NCBI GenBank assembly: GCA_963797095.1
Contig: CAWCNY010000001.1
Coordinates: 384,001 to 448,000, forward strand
Source of the DNA: an uncultured Chloroflexia bacterium
GTDB taxonomy: Bacteria; Chloroflexota; Chloroflexia; QHBQ01; JADMIH01
Reading direction: 5' to 3'
DNA length: 64,000 nucleotides
Of the stretch, positions 21,620 through 30,948 are shown in pieces. Under the pieces are notes generated by a model that saw only the letters and a program-made list of their open reading frames with translations, searched no databases and was not told the origin of the DNA. Numbering within the stretch: position 1 is the stretch's first letter; each line of letters begins with the position of its first letter. A program made the translations under genes and the position numbers.

Positions 21620-21885
21620 CGGATATACCTCCTATGAGCTTGCCTCTCTTGACCGGGCGAGCCACCTGCTATTTCGCCCTTGGCCCACATGCTAGCATCT
21701 CCTGAAGGCGTTAACTTCGCACTCTCAGGCCATTCGGCGCGCCACCACTATGGCCTATTTAGGCCATAGTGCATGATCAGGGTGTTTGTTGGGGAAGATA
21801 ATGGCGTGCGGGGGACCTCCCCTGCCGGAGGCTTGAGGTGCCTTGTTGTGAGCGGTCTGTCGAGAACGGCCCGCGATAGCCGGTC

Positions 21886-22345
21886 CTATTCCAATTCAGG
21901 GCCCGCAACGTTCACTACGGTGATCCCGCTACAAGCGCGCGCCACCACAAAAACCACTTCTTCATCCCCGAGGGCTTCCTCCTTATGAACAGCGCCAGAC
22001 CCAACAGAAAGAAAATCGCCCTGGGCCACCTCGGCACTCTCGCTGCCGTCCTTTCCCCAGTGGAAGCGAGCCCAGGAAATCGCCTGGACCCACCTCCAGG
22101 CTTTCGGCACCGCCCTTGCCCCAGCGGAGGCGCGCCCGCCCTTGCAGCACGTAGAGGCCGGTCTCACAATCGCCGTGGTGGTGCCAGCCGCTCACCGCGC
22201 CGGCAGGCGATGTTGCCAGGCCCATCCATAGATCCCGGTTGCCCGTGGTCTCCGGTGCGATGGCAGCCTCGCGCCGTATGCCGCTGGTTTGCGCCTTAGC
22301 TCCGCTCAGTCGACCTGCACGAATGGCTTGAATTGCTCTGTTCAT
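21886..22345 (-). pseudogene. Cupin-domain gene with out-of-frame internal duplication (chimeric)
   Basis: SGWHHHGDCETGLYV..GPGDFL in one frame; ARFHWG..QGDFLSVGSGAVHKE in another. Confidence 0.78.
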
Positions 22346-22492
22346 CTCAATGTACTCCTTTCAAATGTCTGTATGTTGCTCGAAGTCGCGGATTTCGGCA
22401 TCGCTTGGGTGGGTCACTATTTTCACCCGGTAGGCAATGTTGGAAGCACCCTCTCCTTCCGCCTCGAACTGCCCCTCCACCTCGACCTCCAT

Positions 22493-23905
22493 TCAGGCAA
22501 CCTGCGGCTCGATATTCTGGTTCATCCTAAAGAAGTTGTCCGGATCATATTTCTTCTTCAGCGCGGCCAGTCTGGCGTAGTTGTCGCCGTAAGCATCGCG
22601 CACACTCTCTCGACCTTCATCACCGAGGAAATTGCTGTAGACCCCGCGGGTCGCGAACGGTTGCATCCTTTGCCACAGACCATCGGCCCACTTGATATGT
22701 TGTGGGGATTCCGCCGGGCTCATCCACATCGGGATGATGTTGAGCGCGAATTTGGAGGCGCGATGGGCGAACGCAGTGTCGTGCTCCCCTACGCGGCTAA
22801 CGGCACCCTGCATGTGGTGAATATGCACGGCGGACAGCGGTGAGGCCATGCCGGCGGCCTGCTCCGCCAGCAGCTGGATGGCCGCGTCGGGCAACTCCTG
22901 CATATATGCTGCTTTCCAGTAGGTCTGCATTCCGCTCGGCGCGGCGGCGTCGAACAGGCTCTGCTGGGCCGGATAAGGCATTGGCTGCAATATGTCCACG
23001 GCCGGAGGGCCGAACTCACGCAGCGGGCGAACTACTTCTGCACCCTGCTCGGGCACCCCTGCATAACAGGCCATGATCGCGACGGCAGGCTTACCCTGCA
23101 GCGGCTGCGGCACGAAGGGGGCGGGTGGCGCCGTCATGAAGACGAACAGGGTGGTAAGGTCGTCGGGCACTGTTTCCACGTAGTCACGATAGAAGCGCAG
23201 CAGCTCGGCTGCGCGCTGGGCAGGATGCAGGATTATCCCACCCAGCACCATCTTGAGCGGGTGCAGCCGGAATTCGAACGATGCGACTACGCCGAAGTTG
23301 CCTCCGCCGCCGCGCAAGGCCCACAGCAGATCCGGGTGCTGCTCGGCGTTGGCGTTGAGCACAGTACCATCCGCAGTTACGACCTGCGCGGCGACCAGGT
23401 TGTCCGCCGCCAGGCCATACTTACGCATAAGTGAACCCATGCCCCCACCGAGAGTCAGCCCGCCCACGCCGACCGTTGTCACCATGCCCCCGGTAGTCGC
23501 CAGACCTGCCTCAGCTGTGGCGCGATCAAACTCGCCCCAGGTCGCCCCGCCGCCGGAACGTGCTCGGCGAGTCGCAGCCTCAACTTGCACGTCTCTCATC
23601 CTCGCAAGATCGATCACGAGCCCGCCATCGCATGTGCCGAACCCAGCGACGCTGTGCCCGCCGCCGCGAACGGCCACCGGCATCTGCCGCTCCCGCCCCA
23701 GCCGGACGGCGCTCACCACGTCCTCCACTGTGGCGCAGCGGATGATCAGAGCCGGGTGCTTGTCGATCCGCCCGTTCCAGACGCTGCGGGCCGCCTCATA
23801 GGAGGCGTCGCCGGGGCTGATGATCTCCGCATCGTGGCTGAACGTCAATCCTCGCAGATTTATTTCAGCGAACGAGGGCGGATTAGATATTTGGTGTACT
23901 GTCAT
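22493..23905 (-). CDS. FAD-linked oxidoreductase, VAO/berberine-bridge-enzyme family
   Basis: RGGGHS covalent-FAD motif, GLTLGGG, WALRGGGGNFGVV, C-terminal YSNF..KKKYDPDNFF. Confidence 0.93.
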   Translation of the reverse strand: MTVHQISNPPSFAEINLRGLTFSHDAEIISPGDASYEAARSVWNGRIDKHPALIIRCATVEDVVSAVRLGRERQMPVAVRGGGHSVAGFGTCDGGLVIDLARMRDVQVEAATRRARSGGGATWGEFDRATAEAGLATTGGMVTTVGVGGLTLGGGMGSLMRKYGLAADNLVAAQVVTADGTVLNANAEQHPDLLWALRGGGGNFGVVASFEFRLHPLKMVLGGIILHPAQRAAELLRFYRDYVETVPDDLTTLFVFMTAPPAPFVPQPLQGKPAVAIMACYAGVPEQGAEVVRPLREFGPPAVDILQPMPYPAQQSLFDAAAPSGMQTYWKAAYMQELPDAAIQLLAEQAAGMASPLSAVHIHHMQGAVSRVGEHDTAFAHRASKFALNIIPMWMSPAESPQHIKWADGLWQRMQPFATRGVYSNFLGDEGRESVRDAYGDNYARLAALKKKYDPDNFFRMNQNIEPQVA

Positions 23906-23992
23906 TTCTGATTCTCCTTCTCCCGTGTGATATCTACTCCGTGTGCAGCGTCCTTCTTTCCGAGTCGCCGGCCCTCTGAGGTATGGTTAGTT

Positions 23993-24135
23993 GAGGCATG
24001 GTCATAAATCCAAATCTGTCTATTACCCCACGCTTGGGATGTGGCCTTAATGTCACAAAATGCCGCCAAAATGGGCTGTTTCCAGATGAAGTTGCTCTCC
24101 TTCTACGCACGGAAAATGAATTATGACCATGCCTC
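23993..24135. mobile_element. 143-bp MITE with 18-bp TIRs and 8-bp target-site duplication
   Basis: GAGGCATGGTCATAAATC ... GAATTATGACCATGCCTC (17/18), flanked on both sides by GGTTAGTT (23985-23992 and 24136-24143). Confidence 0.85.
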
Positions 24136-24196
24136 GGTTAGTTGTCGCCTGCTAGTTGCTAGTTGCTAGTCGTCGGTCGATGAGCGAAGCGAGCTA

Positions 24197-24313
24197 TCGT
24201 CAGTCGTCAGTCGTCAGTCGTCAGTCGTCAGTCGTCAGTCGTCAGTCGTCAGTCGTCAGTCGTCAGTCGTCAGTCGTCAGTCGTCAGTCGTCAGTCGTCA
24301 GTCGTCAGTCGTC
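24197..24313. repeat. Perfect heptamer microsatellite (TCGTCAG)x16 + partial unit
   Basis: Direct count; preceded by (GCTAGTT)-type heptamers at ~24150-24170. Confidence 0.95.
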
Positions 24314-24319
24314 GGGTGG

Positions 24320-24742
24320 TCAGTCGGTGACTCCGAGCTGGCGCAGCATTGTTCCGGCGTCGTAGTATAGCGCGGCGCGCTTGATGGTGTTCTGCGCGAC
24401 CTCGCAGACCAGCACCATCGGGACAAGCACCAGGCGGCCGGTGGCGGGAATGCCCAGGAAGCGGCCCTGCTGCCGCCCGCGAAAATGAAACTCCATCGCG
24501 ACTGTGTGCTCGTCGGCCGCGATGCTGAGTGGAGTGACGCCGACGTCGGCAAAGCAGTCGATCAAGAGGGCCTCGAAAAAGCGCCGGGCCTCGTCACGAC
24601 CGGCAAACGAGCGGTCCTGCGCTCGATCGACGAAGATCACATCCGCGGCCAGGGCGCTTGTGTCGCCCAACATGACCAGGGTCTCAATTAATTGGCGGTT
24701 GCGACAGGACACGGATCCTCGGTACGGGCTACCCAATGGCAT
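24320..24742 (-). CDS. SnoaL-like ester cyclase/NTF2-fold protein (start uncertain, possibly 5'-truncated)
   Basis: FRGRQQGRFLGIPATGR..YYDAGTMLRQLG motif. Confidence 0.78.
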   Translation of the reverse strand: MPLGSPYRGSVSCRNRQLIETLVMLGDTSALAADVIFVDRAQDRSFAGRDEARRFFEALLIDCFADVGVTPLSIAADEHTVAMEFHFRGRQQGRFLGIPATGRLVLVPMVLVCEVAQNTIKRAALYYDAGTMLRQLGVTD

Positions 24743-24822
24743 GCAGGAGTTTCATTTGTCGCAGCATAGCACGGTGGCGTGTGGGTTTTCGTGTGGACGC
24801 GGACTCGATTGCAGGAGTGGGG

Positions 24823-27800
24823 CTATTTGGCCATGAGTTCATCTACCTGCGCGAGCAGCGCACCCAGGCCGGGGGCCTGCACATGGTCGCCGGGAGGCGG
24901 TGGCAGCGGGGGTGGCGGCGGCAAGCTGACGCCGCTCAGTTCTTCGTAGCGTCGACGATAGTCGACCAGTTTGCTGCGTCGATAGAGATCGAGATAGAAC
25001 CTGGCGGCTGCGGCAGCGTGTTCGCGGGCAGCGGCCGGGTCAGGCTCCCAGTGCGCCAGGTGGTAGTGGATGGCCGCCTGCCCATGAGCATCCTGCCAGG
25101 CAGCCAGCAGACCCTCTGCCTCGTGTACGGCGGCGGCGCGGTCGATCTGGGCCAACGCCAACCCGGCTTGCAGCAACAGCAAGCGGGCGGGCAACTCAAC
25201 CTGGCCCAGCGTGCCCGCCTCGTGAGCCAGTCGCAGCGCCTCCGCCGCCACCTGCCGGCCGGTTTCGTTGTGCCCCTGGCGCAAGTAGAGTTCCGCCGCA
25301 TAGATCAGGTTCATACCAAAAAAGAAAGGCGGCCCGGCCGGCCGCACGGCGGCCAGGGCGCGATCGTAAAGCGGCACGGCTTCGGCGTCACGTTCTTCGA
25401 GCAGCGCCGCCTGGCCGAGGTGCGCCAGCGCCAGCGAGATATCAATCCAACTTTCCAGTTCGAGACTGATTTGCAGGTGCTTCGTGGCGCAGGCAATCGC
25501 CGGAGTTGTCTGGCCGAGGTTAAGGTAGACGAGCGTCAGGTTACCCAGAGCGATTGCCAGGCCGGGTAGGTCGCCGATCTCGGCGCAGAGCGCCAGCAAC
25601 TGCTCGTAGCAATCCCAGGTGCGCTGATAATCGAAGAGTTTGCCCTGATACAGCCCGGCCAGGTTACGCAGGGCGCGGGTCAGTTGCACTTTATCACCAA
25701 GTTCGGCGGCCATGCGGCGCTGCTCGTGCAGGCACTCCTCGGCCCGTGTAAAGTCCTCCAGGTGAGTATAGGCGATACCCAGCGCGCCCCGCGCCTGGCT
25801 CATGCGCCGCAGGTCGCCCTGCTCGCGGGCCAGGTTGTACTGGCGCTCGGCATAGGTCCGCGCCTCGCTGAACCGACCCTGACTGATAGCGACAGCGGCC
25901 AGGCCTCCGAGCGCATCGGCGCGAGCCGCGGGCTCAAGCGCGACCCTGGCGGCTCCCAGCGCCGCTAGCAGCAACGGCGACGCAGCCGCATAGTCCCCCC
26001 GGTCAATCTTCAGCACGCCCAGGCACACCCGGCAGCGGGCCTGCAACGCCTCATTGTCCGCGCTCACCGCCAGCGCCTCTTGCAGAATCGCTTCCCCGGC
26101 CGGCCACTGGCCGGTCAGCCGCCACACTTCGGCCAGTCGCAGCATCAACTCCACGCGTCGCGCCGGGTCTTGCGCCAGGTCCAGCGCCCGGCGCAGATAG
26201 AGCACTGCCTCGTCGTTGGCGTAGCTCGCTGCCGCCGCTGCTCCGGCCAGGGCAGCGTAGTGGCCCTCTTTCTGCCGGTCGCCGGCCATTCGCCAGTGGT
26301 AGGTCAGCACAGCGGGTGGGGAGGCGCTCCGCTCGAGCGTGAGCGCGGCGCGCCTGTGCAGGATCTGGCGTCGCACAGGACTCAGTTGTGCCAGCACAGC
26401 CTGTCTCATCAGGTCGTGCTGATAATCGAAGCGTGGTGGCCCCGTGCCGCCCGCCGCGAGCAGGCGCCACCGAAGGCCCTGTTCCAGGGCGGTGGCGGTC
26501 TCATCCTCTCCGCGCCCGCTGGCCTGGCGGGCCTGGTCCAGCGTAACCGGGCGCTCCAGCACCGCCAGTGCTTCGAGTACCTGCCGTTCACCGGGCTCAA
26601 GTTGCGCCAGCCGACGCTCGATTAGTGCGAGCAGGCTCGGCGGTAGGGGCAGGGGCAGCGGCAGGGGCAATGGCGCGGGCACCGTCCCTGCCTGGGCCAA
26701 CTCATGCACCAATTCGCTGACGAACAATGGATTGCCCCCGGTTTCATGCAGCAGGGTATTGCGGATGTGCGGCACGCGATACCCTGGCGGTAGGTCCGGC
26801 CAAAGCTGCTCGATCAACGCGGAGACTTCGCGTGCCGTGAGCGGAGCCAGGTCCAGCCGCAGTATGGGCACACTTCGGGGCAGGTCACGCAGAAGCGCCG
26901 CAAGCGCCGCGTTGTCTTCGCACTCCTCGGTGCGGAACGCGCCCAGCAACAGCACGGGTGTCGCCGGCCGCTGCAGGCGCAGCCGCCGCGCCATGAAGTG
27001 GAACATGCGCAGACTGGCTTCGTCGAACCACTGCAGGTCGTCCAGGAACAACCCCCGGCCCTCTCCATCGCCCGCTGCCTGCAGAGGTCTCCTCTGCAGC
27101 AGCACTTCCGCTATTGCCGCGAACAGGTGCTCCTGCCGGCCCGCCGGGGGATCGACCTGGCCGGGCCGCCCGCGCGCGGCGAGCTCAGGCAGCAGGCGAG
27201 CCAGTTGCTCGCGCCAGTAGGGGGCGAGTTGCCCCAGGTCGGGCGCGTCGGGTTGCGCCAGGCGGCTTTGCAGCAGTTCGATCCAGGGCCGGTAGGGTAG
27301 TGTGCGCGTCGATTCGTACCCCTGCGACATCAGGAGTTGCACCCCGGGCGTGCGCTGGGCCCATTCCCGCACCAACCGGGTCTTGCCGCCGCCCGCCTCT
27401 GCTGCGATCAGGGCCAGCGCGCTGCCCTCTTTTCGGGCGCTCTGCCAGGCTTGCGCAAGCGCCGCTAGTTCGATGGAGCGGCCCACGAAGGGAGTGGTGG
27501 CAGTTGTAGCTTGCTGTGGTGCAGATTCGATAGGCCCTGCCAGCCAGGGCAGGGCAGATGGGCCCGCCTCGTGGCGCTCGATCTGCTGTCGTAGACGCAA
27601 CAGAGCCGGGCTCGGCTCTACGGCCAGTTCCTGGCGCAACAGCTCGCGGCAGCGCTCGAACTGCTCCACCGCAGCCCTGCGTTGCCCCGTGCGGGCGTAG
27701 AGCCAGACGAGTCGCAGATGGGCCTCTTCAAACAGCGGGTCGATCTGCACGAGTTGCCCGGCTCGCTGAATAGCCTGTTCATAATGCCCGGCTGCGATCA

Positions 27801-28320
27801 GCCGGTCGATCAGCGTCGCCATTCCACGGATGTAGAGCTGCTGGTAGCGGGCCCGCTCGCCCAGCAACCACAACTCGAACTCGGGCGCATCGCCCAGGCT
27901 CAAGCCGGTCAGAAACTCGCCGCGGTAGAGACTAAGAGCTGTGGCAAGCGCATCCATATCGAGCGCCTGCAGGTCGCCATCGAGCCTGTCCTGGAAGTGC
28001 CTGCAGTCGACCCATGCGACGGAGCCGTCCAGGGCTACCGTCTCCCGTCCCGCAACCAATGACCGGGGATCGGTATGGCGGCGAATGCGGCTCAGATGCC
28101 AGCGTAGGGTGCCGGCTGGGTCGGCGGCATTCTGACAGAAGATAGCGCACAGTGAGTGACGACTCTGGGCCTGAGTGGTGGCAGCCAGGTAGGCCAGGAT
28201 CGCCCGCGTCTTGCGATCGAGCGCCTGCACCTGGCTTTGCCCGTCTCGGCGCAACTCGAACGGTCCTAACAGAGCCAAGGTGACGCCGGGCGCTTGATGG
28301 TCGGATTGAGGCCTGGTCAT
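24823..28320 (-). CDS. SARP/BTAD + AAA ATPase + TPR transcriptional regulator (AfsR/DnrI-like)
   Basis: LALLGPFEL, LYRGEFLTG..FELWL, EEAH..LAVEPSP (BTAD); FVGR..AEAGGGKTRL Walker A; LDDLQW; TGGNPLF; TPRs; start chosen at MTRPQ. Confidence 0.9.
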   Translation of the reverse strand: MTRPQSDHQAPGVTLALLGPFELRRDGQSQVQALDRKTRAILAYLAATTQAQSRHSLCAIFCQNAADPAGTLRWHLSRIRRHTDPRSLVAGRETVALDGSVAWVDCRHFQDRLDGDLQALDMDALATALSLYRGEFLTGLSLGDAPEFELWLLGERARYQQLYIRGMATLIDRLIAAGHYEQAIQRAGQLVQIDPLFEEAHLRLVWLYARTGQRRAAVEQFERCRELLRQELAVEPSPALLRLRQQIERHEAGPSALPWLAGPIESAPQQATTATTPFVGRSIELAALAQAWQSARKEGSALALIAAEAGGGKTRLVREWAQRTPGVQLLMSQGYESTRTLPYRPWIELLQSRLAQPDAPDLGQLAPYWREQLARLLPELAARGRPGQVDPPAGRQEHLFAAIAEVLLQRRPLQAAGDGEGRGLFLDDLQWFDEASLRMFHFMARRLRLQRPATPVLLLGAFRTEECEDNAALAALLRDLPRSVPILRLDLAPLTAREVSALIEQLWPDLPPGYRVPHIRNTLLHETGGNPLFVSELVHELAQAGTVPAPLPLPLPLPLPPSLLALIERRLAQLEPGERQVLEALAVLERPVTLDQARQASGRGEDETATALEQGLRWRLLAAGGTGPPRFDYQHDLMRQAVLAQLSPVRRQILHRRAALTLERSASPPAVLTYHWRMAGDRQKEGHYAALAGAAAAASYANDEAVLYLRRALDLAQDPARRVELMLRLAEVWRLTGQWPAGEAILQEALAVSADNEALQARCRVCLGVLKIDRGDYAAASPLLLAALGAARVALEPAARADALGGLAAVAISQGRFSEARTYAERQYNLAREQGDLRRMSQARGALGIAYTHLEDFTRAEECLHEQRRMAAELGDKVQLTRALRNLAGLYQGKLFDYQRTWDCYEQLLALCAEIGDLPGLAIALGNLTLVYLNLGQTTPAIACATKHLQISLELESWIDISLALAHLGQAALLEERDAEAVPLYDRALAAVRPAGPPFFFGMNLIYAAELYLRQGHNETGRQVAAEALRLAHEAGTLGQVELPARLLLLQAGLALAQIDRAAAVHEAEGLLAAWQDAHGQAAIHYHLAHWEPDPAAAREHAAAAARFYLDLYRRSKLVDYRRRYEELSGVSLPPPPPLPPPPGDHVQAPGLGALLAQVDELMAK

Positions 28321-28510
28321 GGTGGGGGTTTTCTGCTTGCAGGTGGCCAAGCACGGCCGGCCTTGCATTGGGACCACTTGGGCAGGCTTTCGGCTGCGAG
28401 GGAGGGTACAACTAGGGCAAAAGCGCCTGGTATCGGTCAACCCTGCACTTGGTGCCCTGCATTCAACGTGCCTTCGGTGGTCGGACTATCCGAATCATGA
28501 GAAGTACCGC

Positions 28511-30199
28511 TCAAATCAGCTTCTCTCGGGCCGCGTATGCGATCGCAGCTGCCCGCGAGCGGACGTCCAGACGGGCCAGGATGTTGGTTACGTGTCGATG
28601 TACGGTGTGCCGGCTCAGGCTGAGCTTGCCGGCAATCTCTGCATCACTGAACCCCTGGGCGATCAACTTGAGCACTTCCTGCTGGCGTGCCGACAGCCTC
28701 TGTCGGCCGCTTGTCTGCTCAGGTTGCTGTTGGCGTCCTCGACGAAGATGATTCAGCAGACCTTCGGCGCGGGCCACCTGGCGCTCGGCGCCGAGCTCGC
28801 GGAAGGTTGCGAGAGCTGCCTGCGCCTCTCGCTCGGCTGCGGGCAGACGGTCGAGCGCTTCGAGTGAGGTGGCGAGGGCGACGCGAGCCTGGCCCATCTC
28901 GAACGGCGCGCCGCTACGTATGAACAGGTCTACGGCGTCCTCCAGCAGGCTGCGCGCCCGTTCGTGGTCGTTGGCGGCGGCCGCCGCAACGCCGGCGCTG
29001 AGGTTGGCGATGGCGAGCAGTGGCCCTGTGCCGATGCGATTGGCAACCTCCGCCAATTCGTCGAGAGCGACTTGAGCTTCCTTGAGATCGCCGAGGGCAA
29101 GATTGGCCCTCGCAACCAACTCCAGGCCCCTGACCCGCTCGGTACGGTTCTCACGAGGCATGCGGCGCAGATAGCGCTCGGCGTGATCAAGCGCGGTGCG
29201 CGCCTCGCCCAGGTCGAGCGCCAGCCACCCGAGCCCCAGTTGAGAGGGCGGGAAGTGCAGGGTCTGTTCGAACAATGCCACCGCCTCGTCGAGCCTGCCC
29301 TGCCGGTAGCGCAAATACCCGAGGCGTGCCACCGCTTCGGCCAGGAAGGCCGGGCGCGTGGCCTGCAGGGTGCTGGCCGCTTCGGCCAGCTCAGTCTCGG
29401 CTTCCCTCCATGCGCCCGACCAAAGCAACACACCCGCGTGGTGGCTGAGGCATACGCCGAGCAAAGGTGCGTACCCGATACGCTCGCAGTAGTCCTTCAG
29501 GCGATCGCACCATTGGATGGCCCTGTCGTAGTCAAACACCCGCTCGCACGCGAAGATCAGGCAGCAGCAGGTAGAGCCGATGGCCGTGCGGTTGCTCATT
29601 TCCCCGCCCACGGCCGCGGTGGTGGCCTCGTCCAGCCGGCGCATGCCCCCACGTAGGTCCCCTTCGCTCACCATGACGAAGCCCTCGAGGGCCAGTCCAA
29701 ACATTTCCATGTCGATCAGGCCCAGGGCACGCCCTATCTCAACCCCTTGTGCAGCCAGTTTGCGGGCGGTAATCGGATCCTCGGCCCACAAAATAGCGTT
29801 CTCGGCCTCCCGGAGGGCCAGCCAGCCATGCTCGCTTCCCGGCTCAAGGCCGTCCAGGAGGGTATGTGCGCGCTGCAGCCACCCGTTGGCCACGGCCATC
29901 TGGCCGCGCACTCCCAGGTAATCCCAGCCCAGCCAGATGGCTACGCGGGCCGCCGAGCGCCGGTCGCCTTTGCTTCGGTACATGGGGAAAGCTCGCTCCC
30001 GAGCTTCGAAGGCGTCGTCCAGGCGGTTCAGCCACCACAAGGCTGCGCCAAGCCCTTCCCAGGCCTCTGGCGTTTCCCGGCGGGCAAGGGCCTGGCGAAA
30101 GTGCCCCTCCGCTTCCTCCCAGGCTCCGCTCTCCAGCGCTTCGGAGCCTGCCGCCAGGGATGGGTCATCGAATTTGGCTAGTTCGGTAACGTCTATCAT
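28511..30199 (-). CDS. TPR-LuxR transcriptional regulator
   Basis: C-terminal LSARQQEVLKLIAQGFSDAEIAGKLSLSRHTVHRHVTNI; helical repeats; start 30199 or 30241. Confidence 0.9.
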   Translation of the reverse strand: MIDVTELAKFDDPSLAAGSEALESGAWEEAEGHFRQALARRETPEAWEGLGAALWWLNRLDDAFEARERAFPMYRSKGDRRSAARVAIWLGWDYLGVRGQMAVANGWLQRAHTLLDGLEPGSEHGWLALREAENAILWAEDPITARKLAAQGVEIGRALGLIDMEMFGLALEGFVMVSEGDLRGGMRRLDEATTAAVGGEMSNRTAIGSTCCCLIFACERVFDYDRAIQWCDRLKDYCERIGYAPLLGVCLSHHAGVLLWSGAWREAETELAEAASTLQATRPAFLAEAVARLGYLRYRQGRLDEAVALFEQTLHFPPSQLGLGWLALDLGEARTALDHAERYLRRMPRENRTERVRGLELVARANLALGDLKEAQVALDELAEVANRIGTGPLLAIANLSAGVAAAAANDHERARSLLEDAVDLFIRSGAPFEMGQARVALATSLEALDRLPAAEREAQAALATFRELGAERQVARAEGLLNHLRRGRQQQPEQTSGRQRLSARQQEVLKLIAQGFSDAEIAGKLSLSRHTVHRHVTNILARLDVRSRAAAIAYAAREKLI

Positions 30200-30350
30200 T
30201 GCAGGTGTTGCCTCAGTATAGCAGAGTCCCAAATCATTCACTACAAGTCAATCCCGGCGCATATGGTACTCACCGGAGTACCCAATCCAGGCGCGCCTTA
30301 TACCACGTACAGGTGATGGTCGCCGGGGTGCGAGATGGTATACTTATGCT

Positions 30351-30389
30351 ATGAGTTTGGGTCGCCAGGCCGCGCAGGGCGCTGTCTGG
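30351..30389 (+). pseudogene. 13-codon 5' stub of a paralogous flippase gene (MSLGRQAAQGAVW)
   Basis: 12/13 aa identical to the N-terminus of 6967-8451 (MSLGRQAATGAVW), with TATACT 6 nt upstream; cut by an IS6-like end GGAAGTGTTGCAAC at 30390. Confidence 0.75.
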
Positions 30390-30422
30390 GGAAGTGTTGC
30401 AACAACCGATGAAGGGGCTAAT

Positions 30423-30499
30423 GGCCTGTTGCTAAGATTCCGGCGAGAAGCTACAGGGTGCCAGATAACCAGCCAGGTTTGAGCGTGAACCAGTTGGTC
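30423..30499. mobile_element. Truncated second copy of the 18315-18527 MITE
   Basis: 77/77 nt identical to 18315-18391; interrupted by IS6 end at 30500. Confidence 0.85.
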
Positions 30500-30948
30500 G
30501 GAAGTGGCAGAATTGGGGGCAGTAGCTGGTTTAGATGCTGTTTGTCGGGTATCCTTAGCTGCATCAATCCCTATTCAGCCGAGGAGTACCTGCTCTACAT
30601 ATGATTTGTCCTCATTGCTCATCTGTCGCCACCAGCCAACTGGCCGAGAAGACCTCTTTGGGATATCAGGTCTTCCGTTGTAGGCACTGCAGACGCAAGT
30701 TCAACGAGCGCACTGGCACTCCTTTCAACTTCTTGGAGTTCCCCACTGACATTGTCCTGCTCGTTGTCCTGTGGCGCCTCCGATACAAGCTCAGCCTCCG
30801 AGACCTTGCAGAGATGTTTATCGAGAGGGGATTCGAGTTTACCCACGAGGCAGTTAGGGATTGGGAAGCACGCTTCGCTCCACTGATAACCGAGAAGTTG
30901 CGCTCCAGACGTAGAGGCAAGGCTGGCCGGTCATGGCATGTAGACGAG
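30500..30948 (+). mobile_element. IS6-family element, 3'-truncated (transposase from 30601, stops at WHVDE)
   Basis: IR GGAAGTGGCAGAA; CPHC..CRHC zinc ribbon; RYKLSLRDLAEM..THEAVRDW. Confidence 0.88.

Noticed and set aside
24156-24365. ORF with SRQSSVV repeats / possible CRISPR array
   Set aside because: Translation of the heptamer microsatellite; no spacers and no cas genes
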